64,000 nt of DNA from Anolis carolinensis (lineage: Eukaryota), in assembly GCF_035594765.1 (NCBI RefSeq), contig NW_026943824.1, positions 8,140,317-8,204,316 on the forward strand, given 5' to 3'. Within the stretch, counting starts at the first letter, position 1. Each line of letters begins with the position of its first letter. A program made the translations under genes and the position numbers. This document shows, piece by piece, positions 1 to 12,600 of the stretch. A model generated the notes under the pieces. It saw only the letters and a program-made list of their open reading frames with translations. It had not been told where the DNA came from and searched no databases.

Positions 1-447
1 CCCTGCATCTTGGACTAGGGGAGAAGCTCAGCCCCCCATCTTGGGCAAGTGCCACACCCACCCCTCTAAGCCACGCCCCCTTTCCAGGGGATGCTGAGTA
101 ATATTTTTTTCTGGAAAGGGGGCGGTAGGCCAAATAAGTTTGGGAACCACTGCTCTAAAACAAAAACAAGGCCCTGGGGCTGAACCTGGCCCTCCATGCC
201 CTTTGGCATGGCCCTCCTCCAGATCCTGGACTCCAACATTAGAAGTCTTCCTCCTCATTAGAAATCGTGACTAGAGCTGATGGGAGTTGGCATCCAGTCA
301 CAGGCCCCCAGGTCGACACAGCATGGCCTTGGGTGTCTCTGGAGGCCATGCAGCATAGGCTTCCAAGTCCTATGGGGTGCTCTGCTGCAGCCTGGCTCCT
401 GCTGAGTCTCCTTGCCGTTAATGCCTTTGTCTGCTTTGCGCCCGCAG

Positions 448-977
448 GAGTTTGTCATCCCAGAGGAAGAAGCTGAGTGGGTTGGCCTGACCTTGGAAGA
501 AGCCATAGAAAAGCAGCGAGTTCTGGAGAAGAAGGTAGGCCTGGCTTGAATTGAGCCTCGCATTGGCTTCCATGTTCTGGGTTGGGAGGCTGGTCTTGCA
601 GAGGAAGGGACAGGCAAAACCACCTCTGAGTATTCCTTGCCGAAGACATTCTTAGGCATCTTGGAGGCAGCTAAACATTTGCAGAGGCGAGTTCCAGCAA
701 GCTCTGGCTCATCTGTCTGTTCCAGGGAATCCCTTGTGGAGCAGGGCTCTATGGGTGGCTTCCTGCTGTTGCATCAACCTCTTGACCCTTCCCCGAGTTT
801 CCTTTGTTTCCCGGTCAGAGGCTGCTGTGATGCCTAACGTAACAGCCATCTTTCTTCTGTCTTTCTGTCTCTGTGTCTTAGGATCCCGTTCCCCTCTTCA
901 AGGTCTATGCAGAAGAGCTGATGCAGCAGTTTCAGGAACAGAGGCTATCGGAGTCTGCTGAAGGCCAGAAGCCCTGA
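448..977 (+). CDS. MRPL28: Mitochondrial ribosomal protein L28, last two coding exons (5' part outside the window)
   Basis: Exons 448-534 ([29 protein letters not shown]) and 882-977 ([31 protein letters not shown]), with GT-AG boundaries. Matches the recalled MRPL28 C-terminus and sits next to AXIN1 as in human. Confidence 0.95.
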
Positions 978-1174
978 GGAGGGGCAGCCCCTTTGGACTT
1001 GGTGGACATCTCATTCCCTTTGGGTTCAGTGGAATGGGGTGATGCTTCAGAGCATGGCTGGATCTGGGGCTGTCTGGGAGGAAGGAAGGTGTGGGGCCCT
1101 TCTAAGGGGGGAGTTGTGGTGAAGGGCGCACACCTGAGGTGTGCTGTCCTGAACAGCCCTTGAGCGGCAGCACT

Positions 1175-1180
1175 AATAAA
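1175..1180 (+). terminator. AATAAA polyadenylation signal of MRPL28
   Basis: First AATAAA, ~200 nt after the stop, followed by a U/GU-rich tract. Confidence 0.7.
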
Positions 1181-1324
1181 AACAAGCTTGCTCTCTCCTT
1201 GTGGCTTGTGGGTCTCTCCTTGACCCGACTGATGAGAGAAGTAACTCTTGATCCCTTGTGGCACCTGGAACAGGCTCTGTTTGTGTGGTTTGAGGGGGGG
1301 GGGGTTGTTAAGGAGAGTCTAGAA

Positions 1325-1680
1325 CAGGCCTCTCCAACCTGCGGCCATCCGGGAGTTGGGGCCTCCAACTCCCAAAAGCCTTAGCCAGCTTGTGTTGTCG
1401 AAGGCTTTAATGGCCGGGATCACAGGGTTGTTGTATGTTTTCCGGGCTGTATGGCCATGTTCCAGAAGTATTCTCTCCTGACGTTTCGCCCACATCTATG
1501 GTAGGCATCCTCAGAGGTTGTGAGGTATGAAGAAACTAAGCAAGGAAGGTTTATATATATCTGTGGAAAGTCCAGGGTGAGAGAAGAACTCTTTGTCAGT
1601 TGGAGGCCCAGTCCTGCTTGTTTAAGGGATTCTGGGAGTTGAAGTTCAACAGCTAGAGGGGCACAGGTTGGAGAGGCCTG
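1325..1680. mobile_element. hAT-type non-autonomous DNA element interrupted by a Penelope-like fragment (~1400-1610)
   Basis: TIRs CAGGCCTCTCCAACCTG / CAGGTTGGAGAGGCCTG with imperfect 8-bp flanks GTCTAGAA / CTCTAAAA. The internal part matches the Penelope-type repeat seen elsewhere in the window. Confidence 0.65.
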
Positions 1681-3589
1681 CTCTAAAAGAAGAGTACTTC
1701 TAGAGAAAAATGCAGGGCTCCCTGGATTATTTCCTGCACTTGTCAGGCTTTGATCTCTTTGGAATGGCAGTGGTTTCTTCTGGGTGCCTCTGGCAGTTGC
1801 AAAGTACCTTGCGGCCACCCCTTGCTCCCAGCCACTTGCTCTAGTGGCAAGATATATGCTTTGGGTGTATTGGGTCCATCATTTTGGCTGAGCAGCAAGG
1901 CTGGGGTGATCCCTTGGCATTTGCAACCGGGGACGTGCTTGCTTTGCCCAGAGGAGGGGTCCTGAGGGAGTCCGCCTTCCTGCTGGGGCTTTGCGGTGGG
2001 TCCCCTGGAGGGTAGGAGGTGCAGGCAGAGGCCCTGTGACCAAGGCACCAACTCATTCCCATTCCCAGATGGATGGGAAGCGGAAGCAGCACTGGGTCTT
2101 TACCGCCACCCCTTTCCTCCCAGTGCTGACATCTCAGAGCGCCTCAACCAAAAACGGGGAGAGAAATGGTTCCCCTGTCACAACTATTTTTCGAGCCATT
2201 ATCAGTGCACCGGTGGCGGCGCCAACGAGGGCCAGTTACCATAGCTACCGTAGCATTTGAAGGGCCATCGTTGGGTCCGGCCCTCAGCCAATCCGGCGCA
2301 GGAAGCCCAGGCTACCGCAGCACACAGCCGGCGCTTGGCACCTTCCCAGTCGCCAGGGTGGCTGCCATGCCAAGGGATGGGCTTGCCAGGGAGCCAGGCA
2401 GTGCTCTGGGTGGCGGCTGCTGTCATGGCGGATGGCGGGAGGCTCGGCGAGAGGGCTGCACTGCCCCAGCAGCAGGTGAGACAATGCCCCCCTCCTTCCG
2501 ATGGGCGTTGCCGCGCTCCAAGCCCTCATCACACCCCAGGATAACGGCAGACAAAGCGGTCCCGGTTGGGGGCGGCAGTGGCCGTGGTCCTTCTCGCAGG
2601 TTGCCTTTGTCAGGGTTTCAGGCTGCGCTTTGCAAAGACACCCCGGGTCTGGGCCCCTGCTGAGAGAGTTGCGCCCTGCTGCCCTCCCAATTCGTCATAA
2701 AGCAAAGGATGAGGACACGGGGCCCAGATCCATCCATGAGATCAATACATAATTCTAGTCACCAGCGGCATCTTTTACCCATTTGATGTCCCAAGGCTCC
2801 TCTGAAGATCAAAGTGTGGGGCAGGCCTTCTTCCATGGGGTGGGAGGGGGAGAGTCTCCCAAGTGGCTGCCACCATGTAATTCAGTGGAGTGGCTTCCTG
2901 TTGGGTATTGCAACAGGCCAATCTCCAGACCAAGGAAAGTAGAAGACACTGGCCGGGCTCCACAGCAGGTCCTGAGCAGGTCCGCTTGCAGGAGAGCTCT
3001 TCCCCGGCCTGTCTGCTTCTCTCCCTCCCAAAGTGGGCCAGGGGTCTGAAGCGGCGGAAAAGCAGAGACCTTTCCTCCCTGATGCACTTCTCTTCTGCAA
3101 ACAGGCTGCTCTTCGCTGCCTCTGCCTTCTCTTCCCATCTGAAGAAGGCGCAGATGCACAGATGGCCAATGACAGCCATGCCGTCTTCAAAGACATCTTC
3201 TGGGGCAATGTTTGCATTATGAGGTCTGTCCCGGGGAAGGAAATCTTTTAATCCACTGTGGCTAATCTAGTCTACTTTGATTGGCCGTGACACATTCAGC
3301 CCCAACAAAAGGCCCAGCCAGCACTGCCATACATAATGCATAGGCCGCAGAGGGGGTCTGGGGTGGCGGGGAGGTTTTCATCGCTGTGCTCTTCCTTGCT
3401 GTTCCTAGAGAAGGCAAACGGGAGCCAAGGGGAGTCCCAATTGGGCCCCTTATATGTGCATTGGCAGAAAGGCCTGCCATGGGAGGACTGTGGCCATTGG
3501 CTTATGAACATGGCCTTTGGGGGAAAGCGAGTGGCAATGGGAAACTCAATGGACACCTGTGTTGTCATGGCCGGAACCACCGGATTGCT

Positions 3590-3980
3590 GTATTGCCATG
3601 TTCCAGAAGCATTCTCTCCTGACATTTTGCGCCACCTCTATGGCAAGTTGTGAAAAATCCAGGTTGCGAGAAAGAACTCTGTCTGTTTGAAGTAAGCATA
3701 TTATTTGAGAACACAGAAATGCCAGACCACGCTAACAACCACCATGTCAGACAACACAGAAAAGCCATTGAAATCCACAAGCATGTGGATTTCAACAGAA
3801 AGGAGGAAACCATGAACGTAAACAAAATCTGGCTACCAGTATTGAAAAAAACTCTAGAATCAGGACAGTAAATAAAGAACAACACTCAGAAAACAGAGGA
3901 ATTCCAGACATGAATAAATCAGGGCTAATTAACACCTCCCCAAAAAGGATTCCCCCAGGCAATAAGCACCCAGACCTTAT
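3590..3980 (+). mobile_element. Penelope-like retroelement fragment (GIY-YIG endonuclease C-terminus)
   Basis: Translation [51 protein letters not shown]. The same peptide occurs at 47316-47450. Confidence 0.7.
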
Positions 3981-4398
3981 TTATTTCTTTACTACATTTA
4001 TATCCCGCTCTTCTCATAGCGGCTTACAAATCAAATGTACATACAATATATTATTAGCATAGCACAGTATAAGCATTAAATTACTATATTGTACTATATC
4101 ATTATATGGTAATATTATTAGTAATATTACATATAATATATAATTAATATTATATTATTATTATTAGTATAATATTGTATTACATTGTAATATTATCAAT
4201 ATTATAAGTACATACAATATATTATATATTTATAAATTATTGTATATTATATATATATGTATGTATGTACAATTAGGTTGGTATGATGTCTTCCTGGCCC
4301 CCCGATTCTCCACTCTGGTCACCTTGATGCTGAAAGGCTATTCAATGCTAATCAAGGTGGCCAACTGCAACATGCACACTTGCCTCCAACAGAGAATA

Positions 4399-4922
4399 CA
4401 GTAGAGTCTCACTTATCCAAGCTAAACGGGCCACGGAAGCTTGGATAACCGAATATCTTGGATAATAAGGAGGAATTAAGGAAAAGCCTATTAAACATCC
4501 AATTAGGTTATGATTTTACAAATTATGCACCAAAACATCATGTTTTACAACAAATTTGACAGAAAAAGTAGTTCAATACGCAGTAATGTTATGTTGTAAC
4601 TACCGTATTTACAAACTTAGCACCAAAATATCACGATATATTGAAAACATTGCCTTGGATAATCCAGAAGCTTGGATAACCGAATATCTTGGATAATAAG
4701 GAGGGATTAAGGAAAAGCCTATTAAACATTAAATTAGGTTATGATTTTACAAATTAAGCACCAAACCATCATGTTATACAACAAATTTGACAGAAAAAGT
4801 AGTTCAGTACGCAGTAATGTTATGTTGTAACTACCGTATTTACGAATTTAGCACCAAAATATCACGATATATTGAAAACATTGCCTTGGATAAGCGAAGC
4901 TTGGATAAGTGAGACTCTACTG
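4399..4922. mobile_element. Tc1/mariner (pogo/Tigger-like) MITE with an internal duplication, inserted in a Penelope fragment (4330-5090)
   Basis: TIR CAGTAGAGTCTCACTTATCCAA ... TTGGATAAGTGAGACTCTACTG with TA target duplication. Confidence 0.85.
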
Positions 4923-5119
4923 TAATTCTTTCTCCCACCCTGGACTTTATTCCACAGATATATAATCCCCACTTGCCTCGTTTCCAACAGACCTCACAAC
5001 CTGAGGATGCCTGCCATAGATGGGGGCGAAACGTCAGGAGAGAATGCTTCTGGAACATGGCCACACAGGCCGGAGAACTCCCAGCAACTGAATGGACTCA
5101 AAGAGTTCAAGAAGCAGGG

Positions 5120-5700
5120 ATGACTTCCGTGAAGCCCAGGGCAGCCCCAGTCACGTGGGGTGAGAATGTGAGAGAGGGGGCGGGGCAGACAAGGGGGCGG
5201 GGCGCAGAGAAAAAGGGGCGGGGCTTCTCTCCTCCTTTCCGGCGCCTGCCTTCCTTTCATTTCCTTTTCGGCTCTTCCGGCTGCGGAGGCGCGTCGGGGC
5301 CGCGAGGGGGCGCTGTTAGGCCGCCTTCTCTGCGTCTCTGGCGGCGGAAGCACGGAAGGAAGGAAGGCAGGAAGGAGCGGAGGAGGAAGCGGAGGCGGAG
5401 GCCAGGCCCTGCCGAGCGAGAGAGAGAGCGAGGGAAGGAAGCACGAAAGGAGGGAGGGAGAGGGCCCGTCTCCTGCGCGGGGAGCGAGATGGGCCCCCGC
5501 CGCCGCCGCCCGCCCTTCGCTGCCGCCTCTCCGCCTCCGGGGCCCCGGCTCTTCCTCCTCCCGCCGCCACCGGGCCGAAGGTGAGCAGGAGTGAGGCCTA
5601 GTCGCTCCGGAAGAGCCCCCGAGTCATACAACCCCCCCAGGCAGGGGAGGGCACGGGGTGCTTCCGGGGTCGTAACCCCAGTCGTCCCACCCCCTCCAGG
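5120..5700 (+). promoter_or_regulatory. AXIN1 CpG-island promoter and non-coding exon 1 (donor AAG|gtgagc at 5580/5581)
   Basis: CpG-dense, with several GGGGCGGGGC boxes, a GTCACGTG E-box and ETS-like TTCCG motifs. The strong donor is followed by the acceptor of the ATG-containing exon at 6586. Confidence 0.75.
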
Positions 5701-5854
5701 CGATTTGATGGGGATGATGGATCATAGGAGCCTGTAGCCTGCCCGGTCACCCACCGCCAGGCCTGGCTCAGGGAGGCCGGCTGTGGGTTGATCAGTATTT
5801 TATTATATTAATACATCTAATATATTATTATTGTATTATGTTATTATTTTCTGA

Positions 5855-6160
5855 TTACTTGACACAATAAGATTAGTACAGAGCTTTGAATGCGATTTCC
5901 TGCTTCTTGGCAGGGGGTTGGACTGGATGGCCCATGAGGTCTCTTCCAACTCTACTATTCTATGATTCTATGAGCAAATTGCTACCTGTTGTATTGGATC
6001 ACACGTTGGACACTTCCCAAGTGTCTAAGACTGTGTGATGTATCGGCATATCATGTGTATTTTCTGACAGATGGTGATTTTCTCAGCGCAGATTGTTTTC
6101 AAGTGGTGGCCAAAGTCTTTAGGCACTGCACCCAGTGTCCCGATCACCACTGGAATTTTA
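5855..6160 (-). mobile_element. R4/Dong-type LINE 3' fragment with a nested CR1 3' end (~5897-5973, +)
   Basis: CACTTCCCAAGTGTCTAAGACTGTGTGATGTA and the [11 protein letters not shown]-coding segment are shared with the large R4 copy at 55672-57418. CR1-type tail TTCCAACTCTACTATTCTATGATTCTATGA. Confidence 0.6.
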
Positions 6161-6181
6161 TTATATTATAAAATTTTCCAT

Positions 6182-6482
6182 TTGGTGGCACAGCGGGTTA
6201 AACTGCTGAGCTGTCGAATTTGCTGTCCAAAATATTGGTGGCTCGATTCCAGGGAGCGGAGCAAGCTCCCACTGTTAGTCCCAGCTTCTGCCAACCTAGC
6301 AGTTTGAAAACATGCAAATGTGAGTCGATCAATAGGCACCGCTTCTGCAGGAAGGTAACGGCGCTCCATGCAGTCATGCTGGCCACATGACCTAGGAGGT
6401 GTCTACGGACAACGCTGGATCTTCAGCTTAGAAATGGAGAGTCAGGCACGACTAGATATAATGTCAGGGGAAAATTTTACCT
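6182..6482 (+). mobile_element. Sauria-type SINE
   Basis: tRNA-like head, then CCAACCTAGCAGTTTGAAAACATGC and GGTGTCTACGGACAACG, ending in an ACCTT-type tail. Several near-identical copies occur in the window. Confidence 0.8.
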
Positions 6483-6680
6483 TATTATTATTGTTTCATA
6501 TAGCTTTTATATTACTTTGTTATTATTAGCATCACTGTTGTTGTTTTATGTTACTATTACTAATATTATTATTTTGTTCCCTGCAGCCGGCGCTGGGCCT
6601 CCTGCCTGGGGGGCCACTGAGAGGGGCCCACTCCCCTGCCGCTTCTCATCTGGACGGACGCAACGGCCCTGGCAACAAGG

Positions 6681-9600
6681 ATGAGTGTCCCTGACTTCAC
6701 GCCAGACCCCGGGGGCGGCTTCTCGGAGGATGCCCCGCGGCCCCCAGTCCCCGGCGAGGAGGGGGAGCTGGTTTCCGCTGAGACTGGGCGCCCACCCAGC
6801 CACGGGGGCTTCTTCCACAGTGGGGAGGCCCTCAAGGCGGAGGCCACGCCCCGGCGGCCGGACCTGGACCTGGGCTACGAGCCCGAAGGCAGCGCTTCCC
6901 CGACACCCCCTGCCCTGCGCTGGGCCGGCTCCCTGCACTCGCTACTGGACGACCGGGACGGGACCCAGCTCTTCCGCAGCTTCCTACGGGAGGAGGGCTG
7001 CGCCGACCTGCTAGACTTCTGGTTTGCCTGCAGTGGCTTCCGGAAGCTGGCGCCCGGCGAAGGCAGCGAGGAGAAGCGGCTTAAGCTGGCCAGGGCCATT
7101 TACAAGAAGTACGTTTTGCACGGTGCTGGCGTGGTAGCACGTAGGGTCAAGCCAGCCACCAAGAGCTTCATCCGGGACTGCGTCCTGCGGCAGCTGGTGG
7201 ACCCGGCCGCCTTCGATCAGGCCCAGACCGAGGTTCAGGCTGCCATCGAGGAGCACTCCTACCCACTCTTCCTCAAGTCCGACATCTACCTGGAATACGC
7301 TAGGAGTGGTGGAGGAGGAGGGGGCTGCGGAGGCGGGGAGAGCCCCAAGGGCCCCTGTGGAGAACACAGCCCCGAGGGCAACGGGAAGAGCCTCCCAGGC
7401 TACCTGCCCACCCTCAACGAGGACGAGGAGTGGAAGGGCGAGGGGACCCCCGAGGGGAAGGGGAAAGGGGGCGTGTGCCGGGTGGTGGCGGAGGGCCCCC
7501 GAGACCCCCTACTGCCTCCCCCCTCCGGGTGCCTGACCCAGACGCTACGAAGGGAGACCGCTGTCCAGCAGGCCGCCCCCGGAGCCCCTCCCTCGGCCAG
7601 CAGCACTGCCGCAGTGGCCCCCAGGCGCTACAGCGAGGGACGGGAGTTCAGGTGAGAGGCAAGGGCTTGGCAGCATGTATCAATGTATGGAGGGAGCTGG
7701 GCTTTGGGCCACAAGGAGCTTCTATGGGGAAGAGGCCAGCCCCTTTCTCCAGCTTCTGAAAGAGGCACTCTCCAGCCCTTCTGTCTGAGTGCATTTCCAC
7801 ACAGCCATATAAACCAGAATATCAAGGCAGATAATCCACAATGTCTGGTTTGAACTGGGTTATCTGACTCAACACTGCCATATATCCCAGTTCAAAGAAG
7901 ATAATGTGGGATTTTATTCAGCTGTGTGGAAGGGGCCTGAGAGAGTGCTGGGGAGCAGCCAGTCCACTGCAACGGGGCTCATGGCTGTATTGGAAGGGTA
8001 GGAAGCTCCCCTCCCCTGAAATTGGTGATGGCATCATTTCCCCCTTCTAACACCGATGCCCCCTCTCAATGTGGGGGACAGGCCAGCAAGGCCCTCTCTC
8101 CCTTCCAGACTACTGTCCCTAGGATCCCAAAATAATAATATCCTGTCACTTGTAAAATTGTCAAAAATGACTCTATGAAAAGGAAACTTTTGGAGCCCCT
8201 GCTCTTCTCCTTGGCCTGCCGTCTCCCATTCTACCAGGCCTCAGCATCTGAAGGGGGGGGATGTATGCCAGTTGGAGCCTGACACAAGACGCACCCTGTT
8301 ACGGGGGGAGCCTTAGCTGGTTTGGACAAAAGCCCCCTTCTCCCTGGCTCCTCCCCATTGACTTCTCAGGCCTCTGGTTGTTTGCGGAGGCAGGACCCCA
8401 CTGTCACCTGTTCCTTCTCAATTGTGCACCAAATGTTTGCGGTAAAAATAGAACGCAGAGCGGAGGGCAGCATGCACTTTCCTTGTGTGTGCGTTTGCAG
8501 GCACACAATCAGCGGCCCTTTGAAAGCATGCCTTGGTCCACTTTTTTTGCTTTTGTTGCTCTCAAAGTGCTTCAGGAGCAAATCCAGATCTAAATGGCCC
8601 CAAGAGATTTGTAAACTGCAGGACTTAGAAGGGATGAGGGGGCAAAGGGGGGCTGAGATGGTTGGGATTCTTTCCAGGGCTTGGATTTTGGTGCCTGTGG
8701 GGCCTCCTTGGGATTATGAGGATTGCCCCAGGACCAGACTGGACAGAGCTGGGAAGGGGAAGCTGTGGGGCTGCTTGGACCACGGACAGCAGCCGGAAGT
8801 TACTATTATTTTGATGTTTATTATTATATTTTATGTCTGTTTATACCCTGTTTGTTCTCTCCACAAAGAGACTGAAAAGCATTTCAATACAATTTAAAAT
8901 CTAAAACATTTCAACAAGGTTGGGGCCTGGTGACCCCTTTTCCTGTCTGGAGGCAATTCTGTATCTCTGGGGTGGAGGGAAATCTAAGGGTCTGTTCCGG
9001 TTGAAATTGCCCAATGGATTTCTCAATGCGGGAGAACGGCCTCCCTGCTCAATTGCCCCAAGGAGGGCTTCCTCGGGAGCCTTTGGGCAAAGAGGTCCCC
9101 TTCCCAGAAAAGTTTCCTCCAAGAGACAAGCGATGCAGAAAGCCCTCTCAAGCCCTTCTCTGGCTCTGCTACCTCCCAGGGTCAAGCACAGTTGAGACCG
9201 GAAGATTGGGGGGCGGGGGACTCCAGATAGAACAGGCATGGACAAACTTGAGCCCTCCCTCCAAGTGTTTTGGACTATAACTCCCACAATTCTTAACAGC
9301 CTCAGGCCTCTTCCTTTTCCCCCTCAGCCGCTTAAGAGGCGAGAACCATCCTTCCCAGTCTCTGTTCGCTTTCAGAGGCACAAGACAGGCCCATGGCCTT
9401 GCGTTCGCCCTGTTTGGCTGGCTGTGGTCCTGGGGCCTTTTCCCGCGGCCTTACTGCCTCACTTGGCACAGGAGGAACCCGGCCTGGGCAAGAGAAGGGA
9501 GACTGTTCCAGAGTGTGGCCATCCAGCGCCTTCTCTGGGTGTGGGATGGACTGCCACCCTCGCTTTGCCTACGTGAACCCTTTTCTGATCGAGCAGCGGA

Positions 9601-12600
9601 GATAGAGGCACCCATTGGGGAGGAGGCCCTTTTGCCCCGTTGCCCTGACCCTGATGCATGCTCTTTGCCCTCTTCTGCCAGACCCAGTCCGTGGAGGGAG
9701 CCGGTGCACCCCTATTACGTCAACACGGGCTTCGCCTTGGCCCCGGCCGCCAGCGCCAATGACAGCGAGCAACACAGCATGTCCAGCGATGCCGACACCA
9801 TGTCCCTGACCGACAGCAGCGTGTGAGCAGGGCGAGGGGCGCATCGGGGATTGGGGTTGGGCCCATTTTTATGTAGACTGTGGATGAAACGGAGGGACAA
9901 TAACAGTTGAAGGCGAGGGGCTGCCAATGGAGAAGGTGTTACGGCCCTTCCTGGCCGTTCTGCCATGGAGTGCCCCTGACTCCTTCTTTCCTTGGCAGAG
10001 ACGGGATCCCTCCCTACCGACTCCGGAAGCAGCATCGCAGAGAGATGCAGGAAAGTGCCAAAGCCAACGGACGTGTGCCTCTACCTCACATTCCTGTGAG
10101 TGACCCTGGCCCAAGTGTGCCCCTCCATGGTCCCCCCCCCTTCTTCCATGGGGATGGCATAATGTGGGGCTCATTCCCTCTCTTTGCATCTTTTCCATGA
10201 AGCGTACTTACCGAATGCCAAAGGATATCCACGTTGAACCCCAGAAATTTGCTGCAGAGTTGATCCACCGGCTGGAGGAGGTCCTGAGGGACCGGGAGGC
10301 CGAGGCCAAGCTGGAGGAGCGCCTGAAGCGCGTCCGTGCAGTGAGTGAGGGAAAGGGGGCCTTGGAGGGCATGTCCCATGGGTTGGGGGCACTTCCTAAC
10401 TGTCTCCCTTCCCCTTCCCCTTGGGGTACCTCTCTCTGTGGCAAAGACTAGGGAGGCCATGGCTTTTTGCCCCTTGTCTGGCTTTGGGGGACCCCTCCTC
10501 TTGTTTCTCCAGACTCACTTGCTGCCTTTTTTAGGAGGAAGAAGGCGAGGAGCTGGAAATGCCTCTGGGCCCCTGTCTGGGGAGCCACAAAGTGCTCCTA
10601 CCCCACTTCGGCCCCCGTTGCTACTCTGAGGCCCCTCCCAGGGACGCCCATGAGGAGAACCCGGAGAGCATCCTGGACGAACACGTCCAGCGGGTGATGA
10701 AGACCCCCGGCTGCCAGTCCCCCAAGCCCCGCTCCCCAGACAGTGGCCTCGCTACGACCCCCGGCAAGCCCGCCCTCCACGGCCCCATGACAGCAATGGG
10801 GCCCTCGCTGCCCTTGGGGCATGGGAAACATGCAGGGAAAGTGGGCCCCAGGTTGGAGGGCGCTGGCCTGCACCACCACAAGCACGTCTTTCACCATGCG
10901 GCACATCATCACGGCCCCCTCAAGGCCAAGGAGCCGCCCCCCGCCGAGGCCGAGGGCCCCGGGGGACGTGGGGGTGGTGCCTTCGGTTGGGGCTTGGAAG
11001 GCGCCCACAAGCCCCGGCTCTACGGGGAGAGCGCCTGCCTGGACCCCGCAGCCTACAGGTGAGACATGGGAAAGCGGGGGGCTCTCGGAGGGAGGGCTGT
11101 TTATCCATGTGGGCCCCTAAGGCCTTGGGAGGGGAGGCAGCATGTCTCGGAGATGTGCCCCTGTCCCTTGGCCTTCACCCTCCTCCTCCTCACTCACTTC
11201 CCTGCAGCAGCAAAGCCGGTCTCCTCTCCAAGCGCAGCACCAAGAAGGGCGAGGGGGGCAAAGGAGATGGCTATGAAGTCCCTGGTTCACCAGAGGACGT
11301 GGAGAGGAACCAGAAGATCCTGCAGTGGATCATCGAGGGTGAGAAGGAGATCAGCCGGCACAAGAAGACCGGCCACAGGTGAGCCCCGAGGGGTGTGTGC
11401 ATGTCTATGTGTCTCCTGGGCCCAATGGCCAGGGCTGCAAGTCGCTGCGAATGTGGAGAAGAGCAAACCACAGACCACCTATTACAATGCAGTCTGAGCC
11501 CTGCCACATGCACAATGGAGGAAGTTCTTTTAGCAACACCAGGGGCACTCCAAGGCCAGCTACTGGTCAAATGACATTTGGTATAATGCCAAGTTTTTAA
11601 CTTTGTGTTTTTAAATACATTACAACTGTACTCTCGGTTCACTCCTGACACGATAAATTAAAATAAATGGCCAGGGCAGGAAAGGATCCTGTTGGAGAGA
11701 AGAGAAGATGTACATGAAGGAATGCAGCTGATATGTTAGAAAAGGGAATGCGAATGTCTGAAAAAACACATGGGATGGGAGTTGAGGGGAGGATCTTCTT
11801 GTACAGAAGTGGGGCAGCTCATGCCCAATGGATGTCCTCTGGGTGCCAAACATGGTGAACTCTCGGCTGGCGAAGATGGGAGGTCATTTCTGTGACATCA
11901 CCAGCATTGCCTTGTATTAGGGGGAGGGGGCTGTGTGTTGGGGTCACTGACAACTCTTCTCCTCCTTCCCTCTGTAAAGTTCCTCCGGCGTTAAGAAGCA
12001 GCTGGGCCATGAACTGGTGCGGCCAGCCTCTGTGGAACGCCCGGTGGCCCTGCACCCCTGGGTCAGCGCTCAGCTGCGGAACGTGGTGCAGCCCTCGCAC
12101 CCCTTCATCCAGGACCCCACCATGCCCCCCAATCCGGCCCCCAACCCCCTGACGCAGCTGGAGGAAGCCCGGCGGAGGCTGGAGGAGGAGGAGAAGCGGA
12201 CGGGGAAGGTCCCGGGGAAGCAGAGGTACAGGCTGGGGCTAGAGGGGGGCCGAGGGAAGGGGTCTCCCCTGGGGTCAAAGAGCTACCTTCCAGGACCAGA
12301 GGGGAGTGTCTTGGGGGCCGTAGTTGGCCTTGGCCCAGCATGCTTCCTCTCGTAATGGGTGTGAATGTATCTCCCTCTGTAAGGTCTCACCCATACAGCC
12401 CATGGCATATCTGGAGGATGCATAGGGAGAGTAGTCGCTCCTTGAGGGGCAGAGACCCTGAGTGCTCCTGTTCCCTGGATGGATGGATGGTTGTGTGTAG
12501 GCTCTCTCGGAGCAGAGCGGACGAACAAGCCCCCAGGATGGTGTCTTCACCAAGACCTTTCTTTCCCATTACTGCTTGTGCTGGGTTTGCCTGAAGGCCT

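Noticed and set aside
2166-3251. Several 110-165-aa ORFs between MRPL28 and AXIN1
   Set aside because: They have no recognisable homology or consistent splice pattern and fit GC-rich non-coding DNA.
4973-5631. Overlapping 119-203-aa Arg/Pro/Gly-rich ORFs
   Set aside because: These come from the stop-poor CpG island of the AXIN1 promoter and non-coding exon.
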